This document shows positions 1 to 9,921 of a DNA stretch of 64,000 bases, piece by piece. The stretch's first letter is position 1. Each line of letters begins with the position of its first letter. Location: assembly GCA_963674965.2 (NCBI GenBank), contig CAXXFL010000001.1:352001-416000 (forward strand). Direction: 5' to 3'. Position numbers and translations under genes: made by a program. This stretch comes from a bacterium (GTDB lineage: Bacteria; RBG-13-61-14; DATKZS01). A model generated the notes under the pieces. That model did not search any database. It was given only the letters and a program-made list of their open reading frames with translations, and had not been told where the DNA came from.

Positions 1-253
1 CGAGGGAGGCTATATCGAAGAGGTCCTCCCTCATGAGCGGCTCGCCTCCCGTGAGGATGACGATGGGCGAGGCAAAGGAGGCCACGTTCTCGAAGAGGGT
101 CTTATACTCGGCCATGGTCATCTCGCCCTCGGGGGCGGAGGCGCCGGCGGTTGCCCGGCAGTGCACGCAGCCCAGGTTGCAGCGCCTGGTCAGCTCGACG
201 GCCATCACGCGGGGAACAAAGCCCGCCTCGCCATGTTCCTTTCCCGGATGCAT
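1..253 (-). CDS. ahbD: Radical SAM protein, probable AhbD (heme b synthase); N-terminal part only, runs off the window
   Basis: Manual translation from ATG 253: MHPGKEHGEAGFVPRVMAVELTRRCNLGCVHCRA...ILTGGEPLMREDLF, with CxxxCxxC and GGEP motifs. Start overlaps the hemB stop (TGATG). Lies in an ahbC-hemB cluster. Confidence 0.75.
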   Translation of the reverse strand, partial: MHPGKEHGEAGFVPRVMAVELTRRCNLGCVHCRATAGASAPEGEMTMAEYKTLFENVASFASPIVILTGGEPLMREDLFDIASL

Positions 254-1239
254 CAGTCTTTCAGGTATCCTTTTTCCACCGCCTCGGCGGCGTAGTAGGT
301 AATGATGAGGTCGGCGCCCGCTCGTTTTATCGAGGTCAGGGTCTCGCGTACCATGGCCGCCTCGTCCACCAGGGCGGCCATGGCCGCGTTCTTGATCAGG
401 CTGTACTCGCCGGAAACGGAATACGCCGCCAGGGGCAGATGAAAATTTTCTCGGACGGCCCGGATGATATCGAGGTAGGAAAGGGCGGGCTTGACCATAA
501 GGATATCGGCGCCCTCGAGCACGTCCAACTCGACCTCCCTCATGGCCTCCCGGGCGTTGGGCGGGTCCATCTGGTAGGTCTTGCGCGTGCCCTTGAAGTG
601 GCTCGAGCCGGCCGCGTCCCGGAAGGGCCCGTAAAAGGATGACGCGTACTTGGCGGCGTAGCTCATGATGGCCACGTCCCGGTAGCCCTCATGGTCCAGG
701 GCCTTTCTTATGGCGCCCACCCTGCCGTCCATCATGTCGGAGGGGGCCACCATGTCCGCCCCCGCCTCGGCGTAGGTAACGGCTATGGCCGAGAGCAGCT
801 CGAGGGTGGGGTCGTTGTCCACGTCGTCGCCGGACTTGGTGAGTATCCCGCAGTGGCCCGAGTCGGTGTACTCGCAGCAGCAAAGGTCGCAGATGACGCA
901 AAGCTCGGGGACTTCCCTTTTAATGGCCTTGACCGCCCTCTGGATAAGGCCGTCGCAATCACAAGCCTCCGAGCACATGGGGTCCTTGTTGCCGGTCACT
1001 CCGAAAAGCAGGACCGCGGGTATCCCGAGGTCCCGAACGTTCCGGCATTCCTGGACCAGCAAATCGATGGACAGCCGGTCCTGGCCGGGCATGGACTGGA
1101 TCGGCTCGCGGACCCCCGCGCCCTCCACCGCGAAGAAGGGCATGATCAGGTCCTGGGGCAGGACCCGGGTTTCCCGGACCATCCTTCTTATGGTCTCGGT
1201 CCTTCTCAGTCTTCTCATCCTGACGTCGGGAAATCCCAT
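253..1239 (-). CDS. hemB: Porphobilinogen synthase (delta-aminolevulinate dehydratase)
   Basis: RMRRLR N-terminus, Zn site CCCEYTDSGHCG, APSDMMDGR, SYAAKYASSFYGPFRDA, MVKPAL. Start moved to ATG 1239, after GGGAGAG. Confidence 0.97.
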   Translation of the reverse strand: MGFPDVRMRRLRRTETIRRMVRETRVLPQDLIMPFFAVEGAGVREPIQSMPGQDRLSIDLLVQECRNVRDLGIPAVLLFGVTGNKDPMCSEACDCDGLIQRAVKAIKREVPELCVICDLCCCEYTDSGHCGILTKSGDDVDNDPTLELLSAIAVTYAEAGADMVAPSDMMDGRVGAIRKALDHEGYRDVAIMSYAAKYASSFYGPFRDAAGSSHFKGTRKTYQMDPPNAREAMREVELDVLEGADILMVKPALSYLDIIRAVRENFHLPLAAYSVSGEYSLIKNAAMAALVDEAAMVRETLTSIKRAGADLIITYYAAEAVEKGYLKD

Positions 1240-1259
1240 CTTGCTCTCCCTTTTTCGGA

Positions 1260-2438
1260 CTAGTAGGCCTGGCCCGATATCTCCTCCTCCGTGAGGTAGC
1301 AGGCGGGGTCCTCGGCCCAAAGGTCGCCGTACTTGGCCTCGGCCCGGGCCCGGAAGCCTCCGCGGCAGACCTCGAGGAACCGGCACCGGCCGCACTTGCC
1401 CGTCACCAGTTCCTCACGCCGGCGGAGGTCCGCCAAAAAGGAGTTGTCCGGGTCGGTCCATATCTCCTCGAAAGAATTTTTCCGAACGTTCCCGAGGACC
1501 TTGTCGCGCCAGAACTGGTCGGGCGACACGTCGCCGTTCCAGGACACGCAGGAGATGCCCTGGCCCGTGCTCTTGGCCTTGTTGGCCATGATCATCTCCC
1601 GGACCCTGTCGGCCAGCTCGGGCCTGTTCTTCACGCACCACATCCATAAATAAGGCCCGTCGGCGTGGTTGTCCACCGTCAGGACCTCCTTGTCCAGGCC
1701 GGCCTCATGGATGGACAAGGTCCGCTCGATAATAACGTCCATGGTCTCGCGCGTCTGCTCGTGGGTCAGGTCCGCCTCCATGATCTCCGAGCCCCGGCCG
1801 GTATAGACCAGGTGATAGAAGCACACGCGGGGGACTTCCAGTTCGACCAGCAGATCGAGCAGGGCGGGGACTTCCTTATAGTTGTGCTTGGTCAGGGTGA
1901 CGCGAAGACCCGTCCTTATTCCCTCGGCCTGGCAGTGCCCGATGCCCTCGAGAGCCTTTTTCCAGCAGCCCTTGACGCGGCGGAACTTGTCGTGTGTGTC
2001 CTCCATGCCGTCCAGGCTGACCCCCACGTAGCCCATGTTGCAGGTCTTGAGTTCCCGGGCCACCTCCCGCGTGATGAGCGCCCCGTTGGTGGAAAGGGTG
2101 GTCCGCATGCCCCGCTCCTTGGCGCGCCGCATAAGGTCGAACACGTCCTCCCTCATGAGGGGCTCGCCCCCCGAGAAGAGCATCACCGGACAGCCGAAGT
2201 CGGCGCACGAGTCGATCATGGCCATGGCCTCCCCGGTGGAGAGGACGTCGGGGTCCTCCTCCGAGGTGGCGTGGGCGTAGCAGTGGACGCACTTGAGATT
2301 GCAGCGCCGGACGCAGTTATAGACCACGATGGGCCGGTTGAAGGAGGATGGCGTGCGGCGGCCATGTCCCCTCGATCCGTACCTCAGCTCGTCGGAGGGC
2401 TCCTCCTTGTCCACCAAAAGCTTGCTGATCCCAATCAT
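1260..2438 (-). CDS. ahbC: Radical SAM/SPASM protein, 12,18-didecarboxysiroheme deacetylase
   Basis: MIGISKL N-terminus typical of AhbC, CNLKCVHC, EVLTVDNHADG, C-terminal CGRCRFLEVCRGGFRARA...DPAC; heme cluster context. Confidence 0.88.
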   Translation of the reverse strand: MIGISKLLVDKEEPSDELRYGSRGHGRRTPSSFNRPIVVYNCVRRCNLKCVHCYAHATSEEDPDVLSTGEAMAMIDSCADFGCPVMLFSGGEPLMREDVFDLMRRAKERGMRTTLSTNGALITREVARELKTCNMGYVGVSLDGMEDTHDKFRRVKGCWKKALEGIGHCQAEGIRTGLRVTLTKHNYKEVPALLDLLVELEVPRVCFYHLVYTGRGSEIMEADLTHEQTRETMDVIIERTLSIHEAGLDKEVLTVDNHADGPYLWMWCVKNRPELADRVREMIMANKAKSTGQGISCVSWNGDVSPDQFWRDKVLGNVRKNSFEEIWTDPDNSFLADLRRREELVTGKCGRCRFLEVCRGGFRARAEAKYGDLWAEDPACYLTEEEISGQAY

Positions 2439-3922
2439 GGGCCCTTCCTCGTTTTGCCGACGTAATCGACTATGGCCTTCACCAGGCCGGGTATGGTGTG
2501 CTCCTCAGCCTCGACGGCCGCCTCGAGCCCGTGCTCGCGGAGGGTGGCCGACGTGATCGGGCCGATGCACCCGACCTTGCAGCCCTCGGGCAGACGCGCC
2601 CGCTTCAGGAAATGGTCCACCGTCGAGCTCGAGGTGAAAAGGGCCAGGTCCACGTCGGCCGGAACGTCGATCGCGTCCTCGGCCCCGACCGTCCGGTAGG
2701 CGGGGGCCACGGTCACCTCGGCGCCCCGGGCGGTCAGGCCCTCGGGAAGTATCTCCCGGGCCTCGAGGGCGCGGGGCATAAGCACCCGCTTTCCCGCCAT
2801 GTCCCCGGGAAACATCTCGAGCAGGGACTCGGCCACGAAGCGGGGAGGGATGAGGTCGCTGTTTATCCGGTAGGCCAGAAGCTCCTTGGCCGTCCTCGGC
2901 CCGATGCAGGCGGTGGTCAACCCCGCCAGCGCCCTGGCGTCCAGCCCCAGTTCGGAAAGGCGCCTGAAGAAGGCGGTCACGCCGTTGACGCTGGTGAAGA
3001 CGAGGTAGTCGTAATCCGCCAACGAGCGGATGGCCGCGTCAAGCTCCGAGTATTCGGCCAGCCCCTGAATCTCGATGGCGGGTAAACTGACCACGGCGGC
3101 CCCCAAATCCTCGAGCGCCTCGCGCAGCTCGGCCGACTGGGCGCGGGGCCGGGTGATGAGTATCTTCACGCCGAAAAGGGGGCGGGTCTCGTACCACCTC
3201 AGCTTGTCCGCGTACTTTACAACCTCGCCCACGATGATGATCGCCGGGGGCTTGAGGTCCGCTTCCTTTGCGGCCTGGGCGATGGTCTCGATGGTGCCCG
3301 TCACCACCCGCTGCTCGGGCAGGGTCCCTTTATGCACCAGGGCGACCGGCGTGTCGGGCGGGCGTCCCGACTCGAGAAGGGCCTTGACCACGTTGGGAAG
3401 GTTCTTGATGCCCATGTAGTAAACGAGGGTGTCCGCCTCGAAAGCCGGAATCTCGAGGCCATCCTTGTCGCCCCGCCTGTGCCCGGTGATCAGCGCCAGG
3501 CTGGCCGAGGCGTCCCGATGGGTCACGGGTATGCCCGCGTAAGCCGCCGCCGCCACCCCGGCGGTCACGCCGGGCACGACCTGGAAGGGGACCCCCGCCT
3601 CGGCGCAGGCCTCCGCCTCCTCGCCCCCCCGCCCGAAAACGTAAGGGTCGCCGCCCTTGAGACGAAGCACGTCAACGCCCGTCTTGGCCTTTTCCACGAT
3701 GAGGCGGATGGTCTCGTCCTGGGTCACGTAATGGGTCCCGCCCTCTTTGCCCACGAAGATTTTCTCCGCCTCGGCGGGAAATGTCTCCCTGATCCTGGGG
3801 TCCACCAGTTGGTCGAAAAGGATAAGCCGGGCCCTCCCGATCAGGTCGCGCGCCCGGACCGTAAGCAGCCCCGGGTCGCCGGGACCCGAGCCCACCAGGT
3901 ACACCGTGCCAAAGCCGTTCAT
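2435..3922 (-). CDS. cobA: Fused uroporphyrinogen-III C-methyltransferase / uroporphyrinogen-III synthase (CobA-HemD)
   Basis: VYLVGSGPGDPGLLT, RLKGGDPYVFGRGGEE, then a HemD domain (ITRPRAQ, FTSVNGV, FTSSSTV, CIGPIT). Start at ATG 3922 overlaps the hemC stop. Confidence 0.95.
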   Translation of the reverse strand: MNGFGTVYLVGSGPGDPGLLTVRARDLIGRARLILFDQLVDPRIRETFPAEAEKIFVGKEGGTHYVTQDETIRLIVEKAKTGVDVLRLKGGDPYVFGRGGEEAEACAEAGVPFQVVPGVTAGVAAAAYAGIPVTHRDASASLALITGHRRGDKDGLEIPAFEADTLVYYMGIKNLPNVVKALLESGRPPDTPVALVHKGTLPEQRVVTGTIETIAQAAKEADLKPPAIIIVGEVVKYADKLRWYETRPLFGVKILITRPRAQSAELREALEDLGAAVVSLPAIEIQGLAEYSELDAAIRSLADYDYLVFTSVNGVTAFFRRLSELGLDARALAGLTTACIGPRTAKELLAYRINSDLIPPRFVAESLLEMFPGDMAGKRVLMPRALEAREILPEGLTARGAEVTVAPAYRTVGAEDAIDVPADVDLALFTSSSTVDHFLKRARLPEGCKVGCIGPITSATLREHGLEAAVEAEEHTIPGLVKAIVDYVGKTRKGP

Positions 3923-4890
3923 TCGCGGGCCTCCTCGAGGACGTCCCTCGCCCCCTGGGAAAGAAGCATGTCCGCCAGTTCCCTGCCCAGTTCCATCGCC
4001 TTTTCCGCCGGGCCTTTGACCTCGGCCCGGACCACCCTGGCGCCGCTCGGCAGACCCACGGCCCCGGAAAGTATCAGGTCGTCTCCCGAGACCCGGCCCA
4101 TGAAACCGGCCGGCACGCGGCACCCGGCGCCAAGGGCCGACATGGCTTTCCGCTCGGCCGTTGTCTCGGCGCGCGACCCGGCGTGGTCGAGAACCGAGGC
4201 CATGTCCCTGGCCTCGCCCTCGCTTCGGCTCTCGACGGCCAGGGCGCCCTGTCCGGCCGCGGGTGGGAACCTGTCCGGCGGCAGGAGGAAGAGAGCGTGA
4301 TCGCCCAGGTCCACCTCGAGCCGTTTGAGCCCGGCCTCGGCCACCACGATGGCGTCGTAGTCGCCCTCCCCCAGCTTGCGGACCCGCGTGTCCAGGTTGC
4401 CCCGAAGCGGCTGGAACTCGAGCCTGGGAAAGGCGTTCTTGAGAAGGGCCATGCGGCGAAGGCTCGAGGTGCCCACCACCAGCCCCTCCTCGAGTTGGGA
4501 AAGAAAATCCAGGCCGCCGCCGCTTACGCCCAGTCTTTTGGCCGCGTCATCTCTCAGGATGAAGGCGTCCGAGATGGAGGCCCGCTCGGTCACGGCCGCC
4601 AGGGCCAATCCCTCGGGCAAAGAGGTGGGAAGGTCCTTCAAGCTGTGGACCGCCAGGTCGATGCGGCCCTCGAGGAGCGCCCGGTCAAGCTCGGCCGTGA
4701 ATATGCCCTCCCTACCGAAGGCCCCCGGGGAAAGGTCGTGACGGGCGTCGCCCTCCGTCTTGATGATTTCCACCTCGAAGGCCGCCTCGGGCCACCGGGC
4801 CGATAAATCGTCCCTCACCCGGCGCGCCTGCCAAAGCGCCAGCTTGCTCCCTCTCGTTCCTATAACGACTTTTTTCAATCCCTTTTCCAC
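3919..4890 (-). CDS. hemC: Hydroxymethylbilane synthase (porphobilinogen deaminase)
   Basis: IGTRGSKLALWQA, AVHSLKDLP, GTSSLRR, LRGNLDTR, GQGALA, cofactor Cys in LGAGCRVP. Confidence 0.96.
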   Translation of the reverse strand: MEKGLKKVVIGTRGSKLALWQARRVRDDLSARWPEAAFEVEIIKTEGDARHDLSPGAFGREGIFTAELDRALLEGRIDLAVHSLKDLPTSLPEGLALAAVTERASISDAFILRDDAAKRLGVSGGGLDFLSQLEEGLVVGTSSLRRMALLKNAFPRLEFQPLRGNLDTRVRKLGEGDYDAIVVAEAGLKRLEVDLGDHALFLLPPDRFPPAAGQGALAVESRSEGEARDMASVLDHAGSRAETTAERKAMSALGAGCRVPAGFMGRVSGDDLILSGAVGLPSGARVVRAEVKGPAEKAMELGRELADMLLSQGARDVLEEARE

Positions 4891-5134
4891 CGCCGATTAA
4901 TAATCGAGAAAGTCCTCTCGCGGGCTCGAGATATAATTATAACATCCTTGTCCCGATTAGATTAAATCCGAGCGGGGCGATGGCGTTATACATCGAGGAA
5001 GGCGGGACGGACGGTTTTGGGAAAACCGCCCGGGGCCGGCAAGGCCTGATAGGTGGATGGGCAAGACGGCCCGAGGCCGGTGGAAAGATGGGTTACGCCT
5101 GAGGTCTCACGCCTGAGCGCAATGTGGTTTACCT

Positions 5135-6337
5135 CCTAAATCCACCGCCCAAAAAACACAAAACCTCGTTGGTTCCGTAAACACGGGTTATAATGGTGGT
5201 TGTCCAATCCCAAACCATCGCCAACGAGATGAAACGCTTATGGCACAAGGCATCCTTCCTTTCCGCTACGCACAAGACAAGGCAAAAGAACATGGCATGA
5301 CGGCGCTCGCCGGCCTCGGCGTTTTTCTTGACCTCGTCCGCCGCTCGGACTTTTTCAAACACATCGTCCGCCATCTTGACGAGCGGCCCGGAGGCCTGGG
5401 ATTCACGGACCGACAGATGCTCGACGCCTTGGTTCTGCTCAACCTCGCGGGCGGCGATTGCGTTGATGACGTCGCGTTGCTGGAGAAGGACGGCGGGCTT
5501 TGCCGGTTGTATAGAAAGGCCGAGGCGGATGGTTTTTTCGGGCCGAGAGCGGCGGGGCCTTGCCGGCGAGGCCAAGCGGCGGGCGGACAAAACGTGAATG
5601 GGCCGAGGTCCGCTTCATTCCCCACGGGATCAGCCACGAGAAGCATGGCCGCGAATACCGCTACCTGGCTATTCGCGAGCCGCTCCGGCAACCGGCGCTT
5701 CCGGGAATGGAGAACCAGTTGAAACTCCCTTTGCCCACCATGGACTTTGAAGGAGAAACCTATAAGGTCAGAGCGCTGGTGACCAACATATATTGGGAAG
5801 GCGACGCGCTGATTTAATGGAACAACCCGCGCCGCGGCAAGAGCGAGCACGCCCATTGCCATCATCAAGAACGATCAGGCCGGGGGACGGATGCCCTCCG
5901 GTGAGTTCGGTGAGAACGCCGCCTGGTGAATGATCGCGGTCATGGCCTACAACTTTTTCATCATGATCAAACGCCTGGCCTTGGGCGAAGGCTGGATCAG
6001 ACGCGGAATGAAGTCGGTCAGGTCCCATTTTATAAACCTGCCGGCCCGCGTCACGAGCGGGGCGCGGCGGCCCAGGTCCGGCTCTGCCAGGGCCATCCCT
6101 CGCCCGAGGCCTTGATCCGGGCGCGCGCCATGATCGCCGCCTTAGCTTCGGCCTGAAAAGGGCGCGTTAGGAAAACATCCGGGTTTTCAGCGCCGCCTCC
6201 GCGTCTATAATGCAAAAATCATCAGTCTCCTGGGTCCCCGTAAGAAAAAAGCGCCCCTGAAAAGAAACCATATCATTTAAAATTACTACCGGAAGATGGA
6301 AGTCTACGCTTGTCAATAAGTTGGCGGTGGATTTAGG
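5135..6337 (+). mobile_element. Decayed IS1380-family-like insertion sequence
   Basis: Perfect 15-bp terminal inverted repeats CCTAAATCCACCGCC (5135-5149) and GGCGGTGGATTTAGG (6323-6337) enclose transposase fragments. Confidence 0.85.
5240..6156 (+). pseudogene. IS1380-family transposase pseudogene (internal deletion, frameshifts, stops)
   Basis: N-terminal MAQGILPF...MTALAGL...LLNLAGGDCVDDV; jump to EWAEV...YRYLAIRE...LVTN; then RGKSEHAH, KNDQAGGRMPSGEFGENAAW*, IAVMAYN, FINLPARV spread over different frames. Confidence 0.82.
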
Positions 6338-6414
6338 CTTTTCATTTGCATTTGCCCCCCTGGCCGATAAAATAAACCCTTGCTCCCGATCATGTCAGAG
6401 TAAAGGTAATTAAT

Positions 6415-7800
6415 ATGAAGTACTTTTTCGATCCCGAAACGGTGGCCCTGATCGGGGCCTCCGGCACGCCCCTTCGGCCCGGCAACTCGCTTTTCCAGAA
6501 CCTGGATTTCTGCTTTGGCGACAAGTTTTTTCCCGTCAACCCCAAGACGGAAAAGATCGGGGAGAGGACGTGTTATCCCTCCATCCTGGACGCGCCGGGA
6601 AAGGTGGACGTGGCCATCATCTTCATCCCCGCCAAGTTTGCTCCCCTGGCCCTCGAGCAATGCGCCCAAAAAGGGATCAAGCGCGTTATCATCGAGTCCG
6701 GCGGCTTCGCCGAGGTGGGCCAAGAGGGCGCGGCCCTGACCGAGCGCTGCCGGTCCATGGCCCGGGAGGCGGGCATAAGGCTGTGGGGACCCAACTGCAT
6801 GGGCTCGATCAACGTGCCGGCCAACAAGGTCTTGTCCTTCCTCATGCCCATGGCTTGGCGGGGAAGGTTCAAGCCGGGCAAGGTTTCCCTCGTGGTCCAA
6901 AGCGGCATGCTCAGCGCCGGCTTCCTCCTCCAGATACTCTCGAGGACCCCCTTCGGCCTGGCCAAGATAGCCTCCATCGGCAACAAGATCGACGTGGACG
7001 AGACCGACCTCCTCGAGTACCTGCTGGACGACCCCGACACCGGGGTCATCGCCATGTACGTGGAGAGCCTCGAGAGGGGACGCCGTTTCTTCGAGTTGGC
7101 CCGGGCCGCGAAAAAGCCCATCGTGGCGCTGAAGGGAGGCCGGACCTCCTTCGGCGCCAAGGCGGCCTCGTCCCATACCGCCGCCATGGCGCAGGACGAC
7201 GCCGTGCTCGACGCGGCCTTCCGGCAAGCGGGGGTGGTCCGGGCCAAGGGCATGAACGAGTTAATGGACGTGGCCAGGTGCCTGGGCGTCAACGAGACGT
7301 CTCCCCGCCCTCGCGCCCGGGTGGCGGTGATCACCTTCTCGGGAGGAGCGGGAGTGGTGGCCTCGGACGACGTTTCCGACTGGGGCCTCGAGCTGGCCCG
7401 GTTCTCGGAGGATACCCTCTCGAGGATCAAGCGCGTGTATCCGGACTGGATGGACCCGGACAATCCCGCGGACCTTTATCCGGCCATCGAGAAGAACGGA
7501 CCCAAGCGGGCCTTCGGCGCGACCCTCGCGGCGGTCATGGAGGACCCCGGAGTGGACGCCGTCTACGCCCACCTCTTCGCGCCCATGGCCGACCTTCCCC
7601 TTTACGACTACGACAAGATGGCCGAGTTGGTGAAAAGGCATAAAAAGCCCCTGGTGGTCTGGATTCTCGGGTTCGCCTCCAGTGGCGACAAGATGCGCGC
7701 CGAACTCGAAAAACGCGGCATTGCCGTGGTGGACGACATAGCCGACGGCGTCAGGATACTGGCGGCTATTTCCACGCGGTCACCCGCCCGGCGCGCGTAG
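6415..7800 (+). CDS. CoA-binding protein, ADP-forming acyl-CoA synthetase alpha-type subunit (no ATP-grasp domain)
   Basis: FFDPETVALIGAS, PVNPK, SGGFAEVG, GPNCMG, QSG, GNKID, phospho-His region SSHTAA, SGGAGV, NPADL. Confidence 0.88.
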   Translation: MKYFFDPETVALIGASGTPLRPGNSLFQNLDFCFGDKFFPVNPKTEKIGERTCYPSILDAPGKVDVAIIFIPAKFAPLALEQCAQKGIKRVIIESGGFAEVGQEGAALTERCRSMAREAGIRLWGPNCMGSINVPANKVLSFLMPMAWRGRFKPGKVSLVVQSGMLSAGFLLQILSRTPFGLAKIASIGNKIDVDETDLLEYLLDDPDTGVIAMYVESLERGRRFFELARAAKKPIVALKGGRTSFGAKAASSHTAAMAQDDAVLDAAFRQAGVVRAKGMNELMDVARCLGVNETSPRPRARVAVITFSGGAGVVASDDVSDWGLELARFSEDTLSRIKRVYPDWMDPDNPADLYPAIEKNGPKRAFGATLAAVMEDPGVDAVYAHLFAPMADLPLYDYDKMAELVKRHKKPLVVWILGFASSGDKMRAELEKRGIAVVDDIADGVRILAAISTRSPARRA

Positions 7801-8000
7801 CGCCGGTCCGGCGGTGGGCACGGACGGGGCGCGGCATCGCCGCCCACGCCTTTTGGGTGGGAAACCCTGGTTTACGACCAGGATGGAGGCGTGGACGCCC
7901 GGCATTCTTCATGAGTGTAAATCCCTCGGCCAATATATGATGAGTTGGCCATTCCGGCGAATCGATTTTCCCCGGGAGCGCGATGTGGTATTTTTTAAGT

Positions 8001-8741
8001 ATGCTCACTTTCGTAATTCCTCATAAGGACCGTCACGCTCACCTTGACGTCTGCCTTGGCTCGCTGGCGGCTCAGAGGGTGAGGCCGGCTCGAGTCGCGC
8101 TTTGCGATTACAGCGTCGATCGGGGGGCCACCGAGGCCTTGTTAAAGAAATGGGGCGGGAAAATCGAGCTACGGGTCCTTTACGGCGAGGCTCCCCGATA
8201 TCAGCTCAACCCGGCCCGCAACATGGGCCGCCGGGTCGTCAAGACGCCCTTGATGGGGGTGCTCGACGCGGACATATCGCTTGGACCCGAACTGGTGGCG
8301 AGGATTGTCGAAACCTTCCGGGGCGAGAGCGGCGAGCCGAGGCGGCTGATTTTGGGCGCGACCAGGATGGACCTGGATGAGTCAGGCCAGGCGCGGATGA
8401 ACGCCTGGACTCGCGAGTTGGTTTTAGGCAGCCTCCAGGTTTTTCGCGTCGAGGACTTCGACGCGGTGGGCGGCTACAACCCCTTCATGGAGGGATGGGG
8501 CGCCGACGACACGGACTTCGTGGTTCGCCTCGAGGCCGCCGGCTGCGAGAAGCTGATCCTTGACGATGAGTACGTCCATCAGTGGCACCCCCGCCGAGAC
8601 GACCCGGTCCGGGAGCGCCGGAACATCGAGATAGCGCGAGACTCATTTTTCGACGCCGGGTCCGGCCGGTGGCTGCGGCGCTCCGCCGGGCGGGGCTTCA
8701 TCGCCCGAGCCTTGAGAAAGGCGAGAGGGAAATCGCGTTGA
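8001..8741 (+). CDS. Glycosyltransferase family 2 (with GT7 C-terminal-like motif)
   Basis: TFVIP, ARNMG, DAD (DxD), VGGYNPFMEGWGADD, HQWH. Confidence 0.85.
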   Translation: MLTFVIPHKDRHAHLDVCLGSLAAQRVRPARVALCDYSVDRGATEALLKKWGGKIELRVLYGEAPRYQLNPARNMGRRVVKTPLMGVLDADISLGPELVARIVETFRGESGEPRRLILGATRMDLDESGQARMNAWTRELVLGSLQVFRVEDFDAVGGYNPFMEGWGADDTDFVVRLEAAGCEKLILDDEYVHQWHPRRDDPVRERRNIEIARDSFFDAGSGRWLRRSAGRGFIARALRKARGKSR

Positions 8742-9913
8742 CTCCTCCCAACGTCCTCCTCATTACCCTCGACGCGGTCAGGCCCGACCGCCTGCGCCTG
8801 CACGGCGGCCCGGTCGAGACGCCCAACTTGGAGCGCCTGGCAAAAAGCGGCGTCGCCTTTTCCGACGCCTGGGCCCAGGGTCCGGTGACCTGGATTTCCC
8901 ACGCCTCCGTCTTCACCGGACTTTGGCCCCTCCACCACGGGTTGACCGACGTCAACGCCATGCTCGATCCCGGCCTCCCGACCCTGGCCGAGCTTCTGGC
9001 CCGCGCCGGATACGAGACGGCGGGCTGGCCGGCCACGGCCACGGCGGGATCGGGTCTGGGCTTTGGCCGGGGTTTCGACTTGTTCGAGGAGAACTACATC
9101 GAGAGCTTCGGCGATTGGGCGGGGCATTTTTTCCAGCGTCCTCCGGATGAGCCCTTCGCCTTCGTCGACTTCGAGGACAATATCCGGAGATGGTCGAGTT
9201 GGAAGAAGAATTGTAAAGGTCCCTGGTTCGCCTGGCTTCACTACTTCGACTGCCACCACATGACGGGCCCGGTCTGGCGGGACCGCCATCCCCCGGCCGA
9301 GCTGATGGACAGGTATTATCCGCGCGGCTTCAAAAGGAGTTGGCGCAAGGCCTGGGAGAAGCACGGGACGGGAGTGGGCTCGAAGAAAACGGGGCCCCGG
9401 CTTCAGTTTTACGACGCCAAGATAGCCTGGTTCGATCACTGGCTGGGCCGGATGATTGATGAGCTTGACCTTTCCCGTGACCTGGCGGTCGTATTCAGCG
9501 ACCACGGGGAGGACCTCTCGGGTCCCTTCCCCGACCATGACGACTGCACGGAGGGAGAGCTCAGGGTGGTGATGGTCATGGGGGGCGGCCCGCCCTCGGG
9601 ACGCCCAAGCTGGAAGGAGGCCCTGACGCCACGAGGAATCTCGGACGCTGGAACGGTCGGCTCACCCGCCCGGCTTATCGACCTGGCGCCCACCGTTTAC
9701 CAGGCCGCCACGGGTGAAGTCTATCCGGTCCGGCTGGACGGGATCAGTCTTTTCGAGCCCGACCCATACCCGAGGATGGTCCTGGCCATGAACGGCTATT
9801 GCCGCAAGAACAAAGGCAAGGCGGCCTATTTCTCGAGGGGCCGTCACTGCCCCCGGAAGGACCCGGAGGGAGACAAGGTACGGGCGGCCCTCGAGGGTCT
9901 CGGTTATCTTTAG
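8738..9913 (+). CDS. Sulfatase-like / alkaline phosphatase superfamily hydrolase
   Basis: PNVLLITLDAVRPDRL, TPNLERLA, TWISHASVFTGLWP, WLHYFDCH, SDHGE, C-terminal LEGLGYL. TTG start overlaps the GT2 stop. Confidence 0.85.
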   Translation: MTPPNVLLITLDAVRPDRLRLHGGPVETPNLERLAKSGVAFSDAWAQGPVTWISHASVFTGLWPLHHGLTDVNAMLDPGLPTLAELLARAGYETAGWPATATAGSGLGFGRGFDLFEENYIESFGDWAGHFFQRPPDEPFAFVDFEDNIRRWSSWKKNCKGPWFAWLHYFDCHHMTGPVWRDRHPPAELMDRYYPRGFKRSWRKAWEKHGTGVGSKKTGPRLQFYDAKIAWFDHWLGRMIDELDLSRDLAVVFSDHGEDLSGPFPDHDDCTEGELRVVMVMGGGPPSGRPSWKEALTPRGISDAGTVGSPARLIDLAPTVYQAATGEVYPVRLDGISLFEPDPYPRMVLAMNGYCRKNKGKAAYFSRGRHCPRKDPEGDKVRAALEGLGYL

Positions 9914-9921
9914 GAGACGGC

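Noticed and set aside
1-4890. Ahb heme cluster as a novel system
   Set aside because: Well-described siroheme-dependent pathway with a gene order typical of sulfate reducers and relatives.
5125-6345. Target-site duplication flanking the IS
   Set aside because: The flanks (TTACCT left, CTTTTC right) share no 4-5 bp direct repeat.
7844-7894. Small branched hairpin (CCACGCCT/AGGCGTGG enclosing CCTGGT/ACCAGG) considered as a riboswitch
   Set aside because: Matches no riboswitch consensus I recognise, and lies upstream of the likely GT2 promoter; short GC stems are expected by chance.
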